Of a stretch of DNA of 64,000 bases, positions 9,804-20,157 are shown piece after piece. The translations under genes were made by a program, and so were the position numbers. Every line of letters begins with the position of its first letter. Position 1 is the stretch's first letter. The stretch is from Lepidodermella squamata (Eukaryota > Animalia > Gastrotricha). The notes under the pieces were generated by a model that was given only the letters and a program-made list of their open reading frames with translations, had not been told where the DNA came from and ran no database searches. The stretch is from the NCBI GenBank assembly GCA_047495785.1, contig JBLDXI010000042.1, forward strand, positions 2,108,001 through 2,172,000, written 5' to 3'.

Positions 9804-12077
9804 ATGATGAAAACAACTTTATCGCAATTTGCGGCATGTCTTTTCTTCTCCATCGCAAATTCAGTTCATGGGCAAAACACAAAGTTGGAGGTGTTTTTCG
9901 GCTACACCAATATTCAAGCTCTCGATCCTGCTAGTGACATTTGCCCGCATGTTCAAAAGCTGATGATCGACATGGTCAACAAGCGGAACGACATCTTGCC
10001 CGGCTACGATTTGGTTGCCAGCAATCAGGACGAAGGACCAGCGAGTGTTCTGCTAACCCAGCGAGTTATAGAGTTCTACAGGGAACCAGCGGCGAATAAT
10101 TCCGTGAAATCGCCTGTTGTGTGCGCAGGAGGCTATACTGCTGGATGCAAATCTCTGGCGCAAATTCTTCACCATTCGAATTTGGTCGGTATAGCCCCTG
10201 TTTGCTTGTCGCCCTCTTTCACTACCAATCGGGTATTGTTCCCGAATTTCTATCGCATCCGTCCGTCCGGAGAGGCACTGGCCCTGCCTCGGCTCAACTT
10301 CATTAAAACGCTCGGCGGATGGCAAAAAATTGCGATACTAGCGAACGCCGGCTCTACGATTGTCAACTTTCACGTTGCATCGTACTTCTACGATTTAGCG
10401 GTTAAAAATGGCTTAGAAGTTGTGCGGTACGACGCAGCTTTTGATTTGACTGACGACTTGGTATGGGGGTTGAAACATTCAGGAGCACGGGTGATAGTTT
10501 ATGAAATTTCCGATCTGCCTGCGGCTATGATGTTCCTTTGCAAATGCTTTAGTTACAGTTTGACTGGACCTCGCTACGTTTTCATCATGGCTGGTAACGC
10601 CTTTGCGGATGTGAGTACAAAACCCGAATTTATCGCCCCGGAATGTACGAAGACCATTGTCTTGCAACAGTTTAAGTCCACAGTTTTCATCGGATCAATA
10701 GGGTCGAGCTTTGGGGTGGAAAATACGGGTAAAACCAGTCTAGGCTACGACACCAAGCAGTTTGACGAAATGCTTGACAGGGCAGTTCCCGATGCGAGAA
10801 ACTTGTCCAACTACGGCAGGCGTTACCTCTGCCACGATCAGTATCTCCAAGCAATTCTAACTCTCGACGGGGCTGAGAAGATTTTGAAGACGAAGAATAT
10901 GTCCCTCAGAGATTACGACAACCAGCCAGAGATAGTAATGGAGGCTGCGAATAAAAGTGCGGCTGCTATCAGGTTTGTCGGATTCAGACAGGGCGTTATC
11001 GAGTACTCGCCAAGGTTTGAACAGGATTCGGAGCCTCAGTACATCTTCCAGTGGATTCAACAGGAAAACAGGGCACGGATAAGCTACGAAATCACTCTAC
11101 TGCCGAACAAAACAAACGTGAGTGATGTTTCGAGTTACGCTATTCGGAGCTTCGAACCTTACGTCTGGTACACGGAGACTAAGCAGCCCCCAGCTGATTG
11201 GCCAGGGGAAGAAATCGACGTAATTCACGTCCCAGATGCTTTCCTCATCTTTGCATGCGCCTTGAGCGGAGTGGTGACCTTCTGGCAACTACTGGCATTA
11301 GTCTTGAATATGGATTTTCGGAGGATTATCTTTTTCCATGCATGCATGTTACTCAACGCAGCTTCAATCCTGTTCGCGCTGAATGATCACTCAGCAGCGG
11401 TTTGTAACGCTAAGTATATGTTCCTAGTTATCGGAGGAACCGTCGTTCACTTGGTGCTTTATCGAAAGTTGGCGTCTCACGTGACCTCGAAGCGCCGCTC
11501 GACTATTTTTTCCTATGACTTCAGAACGATGGTAATTCCTAGGCTATCGGCTAGGGTGGTTAACAGAAGGTCTAAGCGTTTGCAATTCCTGTTCGCTAAT
11601 GTTGTACCTGTCCTTGTCCTAATCATTAGTTTATCCTTATTAGCTGCTTGGCTCGTCAAAAGTCCTATGGAGTCACGTTTCAGGCTTGTCCAGAGTGAAT
11701 TCGTGGCTGAACGTGACATCTTTCGCCATGTCTATATTGAAATATGCGAGGCTAGCGATGCCAGGGACTTGAAATTCATGATGGCGCTGGCGGCGGTTGA
11801 CCTAATTCCTGCAGGCGCGGCTGTTCTTTTATCAATTGCCATTGCTAAGGTCGAAGAGCCGGAAATCAAGCGTTACCGCATGGCCTCGCTCATCAACTTG
11901 CCCTTAGTCGTCGGTGCAATTTTCATGGTTGTAGCGTCGACGAACTATCATGTGATCCAGCAAATCGTTGCATCTCTTGCATGTCTGGCTATTTCGATTC
12001 TGACCAGTGTGTTTGTACTTTTCTCAGATAAAGCTGTGGCGATTGCCCGTCGATCAGCTACATTATTCATAAAGTGA
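9804..12077 (+). CDS. Orphan class C GPCR, GABA-B-like, family B copy 1, intronless, 757 aa
   Basis: Signal peptide; VFT motifs (NKRNDILPGYDL, CLSPSF...FPNFYRIRP, GWQKIAIL, LTGPRYVFI); 7TM with TM3 Cys (AVCNAK) and ECL2 Cys (EICE). Confidence 0.9.
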   Translation: MMKTTLSQFAACLFFSIANSVHGQNTKLEVFFGYTNIQALDPASDICPHVQKLMIDMVNKRNDILPGYDLVASNQDEGPASVLLTQRVIEFYREPAANNSVKSPVVCAGGYTAGCKSLAQILHHSNLVGIAPVCLSPSFTTNRVLFPNFYRIRPSGEALALPRLNFIKTLGGWQKIAILANAGSTIVNFHVASYFYDLAVKNGLEVVRYDAAFDLTDDLVWGLKHSGARVIVYEISDLPAAMMFLCKCFSYSLTGPRYVFIMAGNAFADVSTKPEFIAPECTKTIVLQQFKSTVFIGSIGSSFGVENTGKTSLGYDTKQFDEMLDRAVPDARNLSNYGRRYLCHDQYLQAILTLDGAEKILKTKNMSLRDYDNQPEIVMEAANKSAAAIRFVGFRQGVIEYSPRFEQDSEPQYIFQWIQQENRARISYEITLLPNKTNVSDVSSYAIRSFEPYVWYTETKQPPADWPGEEIDVIHVPDAFLIFACALSGVVTFWQLLALVLNMDFRRIIFFHACMLLNAASILFALNDHSAAVCNAKYMFLVIGGTVVHLVLYRKLASHVTSKRRSTIFSYDFRTMVIPRLSARVVNRRSKRLQFLFANVVPVLVLIISLSLLAAWLVKSPMESRFRLVQSEFVAERDIFRHVYIEICEASDARDLKFMMALAAVDLIPAGAAVLLSIAIAKVEEPEIKRYRMASLINLPLVVGAIFMVVASTNYHVIQQIVASLACLAISILTSVFVLFSDKAVAIARRSATLFIK

Positions 12078-12179
12078 AAGGGATTTTAATTTTTATCAAA
12101 ATATATCTGTAGCGATAAAGCCGTAGTGATCTTCCGTCAACTGCAATCGTTCGTTGCAATCATGAAGTGAAATGTCATC

Positions 12180-13040
12180 GGGGCAGTTGATCGACGGTTT
12201 TTTATGTTAAATTCTTATTTATCAGACGAGCTTTCTTTAAGGTTTATTCAATCTTAAAACAGTGATAATAAAAGTAAAAAATTCTTTTACGTGCGTAATA
12301 CAACAATTTTCAAGTTACGTAATTTATGTTTCTTAATAATATAAAAGGATGGTTAACAGAGAGATATCAGGCCTATATAGAGCACCCCGCCCTAATTTCG
12401 GCCGCTTTTCAGGTTTTTCCTACTTTGCCAGCCAGGTGAATTTTTAGAAAATATTCGGCAAAAGCAGAATTAAAGAGGAGTTCTTAGGGTATCGAATGCC
12501 GCTTTCCGCAAGTCCGGACGATTTTACCTTGATTTATGGCTAATTTTTTAGTCACCCAGACACCCGGCCGGAATTAGGAAGCGGGGTGCCCTAATTTCGG
12601 CCACCTCATCCAGGTACATTAATTCCATAAGTTTGGTATCGTTAGATTTGTCTCAAAAAGCTGACTATAAAAACCGCCTTTGTTGCTCCACCTGTGAACC
12701 TTTCCTTGACGACGTGATGCCTGAAACTCAAACTTGTTTTGACAGGTACACGTTTGATAACTTGTTTTCTACCCAATAGCCTAACTGCGTTTGACTTTCT
12801 AAAATTCTTGAGAAATATCTAAAAAATTCCTTTGCTTCTGTAGAATGAGAGTATCGATTTTGTTTTCCCGCTGAAATTGAGGTTTTTTATTGAGGTGAAA
12901 TCAGCAAATTTTAAAGAGCTAGTTTCAGGTCAATTATACCTGCAAAGTAGCGGTAACAGAGCACTCGAGAAGCGACTTGACCCGCTCGCTCGCATTTAGA
13001 ATTAGAATTTAGAATTTAGAAACCGTCGATCAACTGCCCC
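12180..13040. mobile_element. MITE-like element with 21-bp perfect TIRs, containing a nested TA-flanked MITE (12380-12591)
   Basis: GGGGCAGTTGATCGACGGTTT at 12180 and its reverse complement ending at 13040; no clean TSD. Inner inverted pair GAGCACCCCGCCCTAATTTCGGCCG / CGGCCGGAATTAGGAAGCGGGGTGCCC. Confidence 0.7.
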
Positions 13041-13409
13041 ATTGATTTTTTCCCCAAAATAAATCTGTAACTTTGCAGATAAAGATGGTTTTAAAGGAAG
13101 CTAAATACAGCATGTCGCATGTCTAAAAATGTTTACAATATACAATGATTTATGCACGCAATGTTTCAATGGGCGCAAGCGAATCCCATTCCCATGGTTT
13201 TGTACGTGCAAATAATTTTAACTACTGAAATACCTGAACAAAAAAGTCTGTAATGACCACGTGTAGGTATATTATATCATCACAGATGTGTTGAATACCA
13301 GCGCATTGCGTTTAAAGTGTAAACCTAGAATTATATATCATGAAATTAATCATCTTTCGATTTAGGAGTATGTTTGAAGGTTGGAAATAAGCTGTTAGCT
13401 GTAAGCTGT

Positions 13410-13427
13410 TATATAAAGGTATAAAAG
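13410..13427 (+). promoter_or_regulatory. TATA-box candidates upstream of secreted gene S-B
   Basis: TATATAAAGGTATAAAAG lies 45-60 bp before ATG 13470. Confidence 0.4.
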
Positions 13428-13469
13428 GAGCCACTGTCACATGCTGCTTTCTATCCTTAAAATTTTCAA

Positions 13470-14032
13470 ATGACTTTCCTCACAATGTATATATTAATTA
13501 TTACAGTGGCTGTTGTAGCTATAACTCAGCCTATGAATGCCAATCCTGCACATGTCCTTGTTGGTCTAGAATCGCCAACTGCTATTCCACAGCCGGCGGT
13601 CACCATTGCAGCTCCGAATCAATCACGCAACAGATGGAATTTATCTGGTAAGATGTTGAGCGTTCAAAGTTCAAGATTTTCTAATTCAGTCTTTTCTAAA
13701 TAGCCGAGAAAGCGCGAACGCTGAAACAATTAATCTTACTGCAGAACAAAATTACTGAGCGAGAAATCGTGTGCAAACTTCGCTTAAGACAATGCATTGC
13801 TACCTTGGGGTCGCTTGCCGTATGCGAGAACATGGTGACATTCTACATGTGGGCGAATCGTGTTGTAGAAGACATAATGTCTGGCAAGAATGACGAAGAA
13901 ATCTTTCCTAAGCTACATCTCATGCCTCCGAAGGGCTATGTGGCCAGGCCATGCCAAGATTGGTCAATGGATAACGGGAAATTATTAAAAGATGTGGTAG
14001 AAACGATTCAGAAAACGAGGAGTTCACCCTAG
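13470..14032 (+). CDS. Small secreted protein, family S member B (exons 13470-13647, 13704-14032), ~168 aa, 4 Cys
   Basis: Signal peptide; 56-bp GTAAG..TAG intron in the same position and phase as member A; the spliced frame is open. Confidence 0.8.
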
Positions 14033-14913
14033 TTATAGCCGTCTGCTGTTCTTCCTCTGAATGTTCGTGGTTCGAAGTCACAGCGCGATTGTAAGTGAGC
14101 ATAGCCACACTAGTAAAAATAAGTTATTAGCTAGCCGCTAGCTAGCTCACTGCTTCAGCACTATGTATAAGGTGGGATATCTAGCGCGCAATGAAAAGTT
14201 ACTAGCTAACGGATCAAGTTGCTAAATAGCGCAACGCTTAGGCACGAATATCGACAAGCTACTATCCTAGATCCTAGCTAAGATATAAGTTAACATGAAA
14301 CGCGACGCGGCCAGCAGCCAAGGATCGCTCTATGAACTGGTTTTTCGCTTTTATTTCTGTAACAAAGTAAGTAACAGTTATTTGATAATTGCAGAATTCT
14401 AATTCTCTTGCCTGTTTTTATATCTTCCAATTCTTCCGCACTTCATTCGGCACCAAATTTGGCACTAATTCGGCACCTTGTTCCGCACTTCATTCGGCAC
14501 TTTTCCGCACCTCTATTCCGCACCTCTATGACGCGAAAAGGTTGAAAAATGAGTGTCGTGTTCAATTGTTTTCTTCGAGTAAAACACAAAATGTTCATTG
14601 CTTAATTTTTATTTGGATACCATCGCTTCACGGAGGCGATTTCATCGGTCAAAAAATGCTCCAAATCAAATCAAACCAGGTATAAGAATAACCCATAGAA
14701 ATGTATAAATTTTGATTGTAGCAAGATGTAAATTTGCAATCACTACATAATATTTAATCGATACCTCATGAGCAAGTACAGACTAAGATAAACTGCATCA
14801 ATCAGTGTATAATGTCAAATCGAGGCAAGTTTTCAAAAAATCAAATAAATCAGCAATCAGTAAGAAGAACCGGAATAACTGCATCAGATCAAGAAAGAAT
14901 GTTGAGAAAAATG

Positions 14914-15621
14914 TTAATTCGAGTCACTGATGTATTTTGTCTCAGATTCCGACGAGCTAATGTAGATGGTCTCGCTGTCGTATTCATCATCGATAGGCGC
15001 ATTCGAGCTCGCGAGTTTGACAGTCCATTTCCGCTCCTGATCCAACAGGATTGTTTTCAGCATGTCGCTGAACTCAACCGCCTGATCGGCAGTCATTAGC
15101 ACATAATGACTCAAAGCAGTCTCGCGGCTATTGCAAAGAAATTAGCCCAAATAAGTTCAACGTTTTTGAATTACCTGTGGCCTGCACCTTTGTTGAACTT
15201 CAAATGGCATTTGGCAACTTCGGCAGCAATCCTCTCGTAAAACGTTTCCGCCGTTTTTCGCAACGAATTGAAGGTGAAGAAAACTTCCGGAAGCTTGGCT
15301 ATTTCTCTCCAATGATTCCAATAATTTTGCATAATATCCAAGATATTATCGGCGGGCTTTCCATCCATGCGGAGAAACAAGGTTGAGGGAAAAGGCCTTG
15401 GGTAGCCGGCCAGGGGACGCCAAAATTTGATGTAGTTATCAATCAGCTTCTTGACCAGAGCGGGGAATACAACGAATCCGGCATTATTTCTTTCCGCTTT
15501 ACAACCTAAGATTGATAATAGACCGATTATAAAGGAATGCCGAGAAATTTATGAGCTAACCGAAAACACGCACGACGTAGACTACTTGGCCTGCCTCATT
15601 GTATCGACGGAACGCGCCTTG
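14914..15621 (-). pseudogene. 3' fragment of the tyrosine recombinase gene, cut by the duplication junction
   Basis: Identical to 25268-25975. Confidence 0.85.
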
Positions 15622-15804
15622 ACGGAATTGAATCGACGGAAATATCTGCGATTGAATATTAAATTTTCTGAGGCTACTGTCGTTTTCGATTCGGGTGCTG
15701 TTCGTTAGAACGCGCACTTCTGATTATTCTCAAACAATTTTTTGCTGCTGTTATTATCGATACGCCAACTTCGTCAGATATTTTCAACAACAAGCTGTAC
15801 GTCT
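15622..15804 (+). other. Filler DNA at the duplication junction
   Basis: Present in neither parental flank; contains repeated GACGGAA motifs and a 33-bp match to 4073-4105. Confidence 0.85.
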
Positions 15805-16378
15805 ATTTTTCGTATAGTAAGAAAGCAAGGGCGTAGTCGTTGACATTCGCTGAGTTGGTAAGGATTCCGAAGTCTCGCCAATTGCCAACTTTTTTGATGA
15901 AAACCGCTATGGAAAGAACAGCGACTCGCGACGTCGTAATAGAGATATGAAGATATGGGTTTGCTTTTCGATCATCGAAAGACAACGCGCCGCATAAATT
16001 ACTCCAGGCAACCATGTTGATTTGCCGAAGGAACGGCGAGACGGCCTTGCAACCCGTTGAGAACGCAGGTCCAACCATGATAGGAGCCTTGACTTCGTTA
16101 GGTTGAGGTTCATAGCGAGTGAAGTCGATAACCTGCTTCGACGTGATAGTCCCTCGAACTTCGTCGTTGGAAACGAGTTCGACGTCGTAGTCGGGCAAAA
16201 AATCGCTGCGGTTGTTCGCTATGTCGACTATCAACTGAGCGGTGAATGTCATGGATGCGGCGATAATGGGATCCATTCCATTATACGGCTGGAAAATCAA
16301 CACTTTCAGCTTTGTTTTGCTTTTAAAAGTTGACGCCGCAGGAATTGTCAGGATCAGGATAAACATGCTGAGTTTCAT
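15803..16378 (-). pseudogene. 5' fragment (191 aa) of a family A GPCR, stop codon created at the junction
   Basis: Homologous to 2893-3466; ends ...LLYEK*, with the TAG supplied by the junction. Confidence 0.9.
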
Positions 16379-17816
16379 TTTCAAAAGTCTCTAGTACTGG
16401 AAATTTGGAAAAATGGACGAAGAGTCACGCTCAATCTGGCTTAATTGCATAATCTTCCCTAATACAGTCCTATTACTAACCTACATGCTGAGTTCCAACT
16501 GGCCTTGCAATTTTTCTAATATTCAACCCCCAACTGTGCGTGGCTTCAAGTTCTTGAAACTTTTTTTTACCGATCTCGCGAACGTGGGCTGTTTCAATCT
16601 AGCCTAATTGCGTAATTAAGCCTAATTGAGTGGATTTGGTCCCTTGAAAACGGCAGTTCAGTACTTGATACTTACTGTCGAATTGAGAATTAGTGTTCAA
16701 AGGTTCCCGCGAAAACTTCATCATCACAGCCTCATACATAATCACACTGAGCTTTTATGAAGTTGCCCAAGTTTGCAGCTTCATAACGCCGCAGCTTCTC
16801 GTACCTTGTACATTGGATTAGAATTAAAGGTTTACTGTTAGGCTAAGGGGAGTGAGGTCCTGAATGATTCAATATAAGCTAGGCTAGCACAACTCTAATT
16901 ATATTAGCTATTATTTATCTGGTAATTCAAGAAGTGGTTCGAAAAGTGGGTACCAATTCTCAATCGAAAAAAGTTTCGAAGTTGAAGAATGACCTATATC
17001 ACTCACAGAAAATACTTGAATGACGACGAAACGAACATGGGTTGAAACACATTTAATCTCGACATGCGCCCACAATCACTGACATGAGACATGGAACTGC
17101 ACTAATATATAACTATCCGCATAATACTGAACCGTTTCGTCGATATTATTAGCGGCCAATTCAGCAACAGACGTTGTGATTCTTTTGCGCCCCCATGTGG
17201 GGTGAATCCTATAAAATAAGTACACTCTCAAAGTTGAAGCACTTCGCTACGTGTGGGTTTGATCGAATCGCGAAGTTAGTTCCAGGTACCTATCTCTTAT
17301 TTATGAAAGTTGAATATGTCAGCTTTTATCTTATACCGCAGTCACGTTTCGATCACGCCCACCAATGCTGAAAATTTCGAGTCAATGTCAATCCAATTAA
17401 CACGTATTTCTTTCGTTCGAAAAATTGGGCTGCACCCAACTTGTGCTATCCGTTGAAGAACTTGTAAAAAAATTAGGTTTGTGATGCTGATAGTTGAAAT
17501 GATTTTATTTAATCCGAAATCGAATCATTGCAAACTAGCTTGAAGGGGAACATTTTTATGGTAAAAAATAACATGATTTTGATATGAGTGAATGAATATC
17601 GACCCTGATCGAAAATGAGAAATACTTTTCGGTCCTCATACTGCCTTATTGATTGAATTGGTAATCCATGTCTAAGCTGTGTTATAAGCTATAATTATTC
17701 TTAGGCATAGCTCTGGCACAGGTTGACGTTATCGGGCCTACACTGGACCTCCAGGGTTTTGATTGGGCACAGCCTTGTTCACTGGCCACTGGTAAATTAT
17801 AACTCAAGCCTCAAGC

Positions 17817-17955
17817 CATAGAGTGAAGTAGGACCGCAGAAGTGGTAGGGATAACTAAAATCGGCATAAGGGTGCCCCCTTTGGTCTACGGCTGAGCTAA
17901 CCGATGGAACTGGTAGGGATGATCCCTACCATCCGTAGCGGTACTTCGCTCTCTG
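17817..17955. mobile_element. Short hAT-like MITE
   Basis: TIR CATAGAGTGAAGTA / TACTTCGCTCTCTG; ~8-bp TSD (a/c)CTCAAGC; absent at the paralogous site ~7595; a second copy is at 38533. Confidence 0.8.
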
Positions 17956-18509
17956 ACTCAAGCTTATCATCATTCTAGCATCCGCCTGAATATATTTAGT
18001 TCACCCTGGTGGCTGACAGCCAGAGAAATAAATAATCAGCCGCTAAATGGAGGATTCACCGCCATTGACCTGTACTTCGTACACTGATTTCAGATTGAAT
18101 AAGTAATCCGGTTTCACTGCAAGCGGTCCTTATGATTTATGATTAATCAGGATAGGTCATGTCCTAATTCCTAATTTCAAAAAACAACATATTAGGTTAC
18201 TGAATTTTATTTACATATAAATTTAACAACCGACAATCCTGCATAAAAATAGGTTGTAATAATCACGTGTACGTATACATTATATGTGTTGTTGTGCTGA
18301 ATACCGTCTCGCGTTCCTTTCAAGAGAGGCAGCCAAGTTTCTATTACTCATAATATATTCGTAAGATAATTCATCATTGTGTATAAAAACTTCCAAAAAA
18401 CTTGATATAATGGTTTGAAATTCGTCACCCTGAAGATATGTAATATTGTCTCTTGGAGTCGTGGAAATATTTAGCTAATGCTCTAATAGTGATCCGGCAA
18501 TCTCATATT

Positions 18510-19006
18510 ATGTCTTTCCTCCTAATCTGTTTTTTAATTTGGATATTGCCTGTTGCTGCTTCTACCCAGCCTATCGTGCCTGAAACTGAAACGGCCATTG
18601 CTGCAACGGATGATCAAGAATCACCGGCAGTAGGCTTTGAAGCTACGAATGCTACTGTATCGACTGAAATCACTGATATCGACGCAACATCGAATCTATT
18701 CAACACAACTGGTAAGATTTTTGGCATTCTAATTTCCAGATTTTTCAAACCAGTCTTCCCTCTTCCCGGAATAGATAAAAAGGCGCGAAGACTGAAACCA
18801 ATCGTGCTGAAATTGCTGAAAGAAGGCAATGCGGAGATTACGGATCTGATTAGTCGAATTATCAACAGACTTCGTTTTAAAATGTGCATGTATATCTTCA
18901 AATGGCGTGCCCTCTGCAAGAACAGGGTGACGTTCTACGTTCTACCTGTGGGCGCAGTATCGTGCCAAAGAAATTATGTCTGGCAAGCATGACCATTTGC
19001 TATAAC
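18510..19006 (+). pseudogene. Family S member A, second copy, frameshifted
   Basis: A 7-bp duplication GTTCTACGTTCTAC at ~18932-18945 shifts the frame within the conserved VTFYLWA motif. Confidence 0.75.
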
Positions 19007-20157
19007 AAAATAAAATAAATGACAGAAAAAACTGTTTTTGCCCTGTGCAGCTGGAAACTTAAAGAAATGGCTCACCAACCAATGCCAAACATGTCCCAAG
19101 CACGTAAGGGCGGATTGACAAAGCAATCAAGAAGGCGAGATTGCATTTAGGACCTCCCCACTTTGTCAATGGCTGAAATTGTCACAAAAACAGACGAGGT
19201 GTGAGGCGGTGAAACTTTTTTCCGGTTTTTTTCGGTCGATTTCACTTAGTTTTCGCCGTTTAGTGGCTTTACTGGGTATTGGATTCACCCAATTTTCGAA
19301 AAAGTACAGAAGTAATCTGGGTCTCTGCATGCACTCTAAGGAGTTTCCAACGTTGTTCAATGCTGATTGCTGATATTGGAAACTGCTGATTTGTGAACTC
19401 ATTCTTTTATAATAAAAGAATCATTTCGCACCTTCCCATCTCATCATCATCTCAGTATCATTTATCATGACATTCTAAACTGGAAAATATGCCATTTCGA
19501 GTTTGTCCCTTAAGCAAGTGCTATTTTTGTTTCTATTGCTAAAAATAATTTGCTAATTTGCTATCAATAGCGCAAGCATCATAGAAACCCCCATGATGAT
19601 TGGTTATTGTCCATTAACGGTAAAATAATGTTTCCTCCACAAGCTCCTTCATAACAACAAGCTCACGGATTGCTTACATTTTTCTATGTTTTTTCTAACA
19701 AAATCTCTGATAAATCTCACTTTTGAAATTAGTAATAAAATGTGCAACTTTTGACTTTCACCGTACGTTTTGTAGTACGTTTTGATAAATACATTATTAT
19801 CATAAAGACCAATCACCCATATGCTCGCACACAAAATTCTCTCACTTGACACTATTTGAAGTCACTGATGAGTTGGCTGCTATCACTTTGATTGGAGGCG
19901 TTCGATTGAGAAAGGGCCAGCGCGTGATATGGGACTCGGTGCGTGATGATGTGCGTTTTATTTTTAGAAAATCCGCCCAATTAACCTCTGCCATTGCATA
20001 GTAATGCATTGACATAGTTTTTGCCTCATCATTATAGCCTTACATGATGTCCGAATACAATTAAGCTTCTGGTTCTTGAGTTACACGCATACCAACATTC
20101 CTAAGGTGCAAATAAAAGCGGAAATTATTTTATAAATATCAGCATTTTCACACTCAA

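Larger units (their letters stand above)
9114..15621 (+). repeat. Near-identical duplicated block, copy 1
   Basis: Matches 19468-25975 at a constant offset of 10,354; only three differences noticed by eye (11254, 12979, 14406). Confidence 0.95.
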
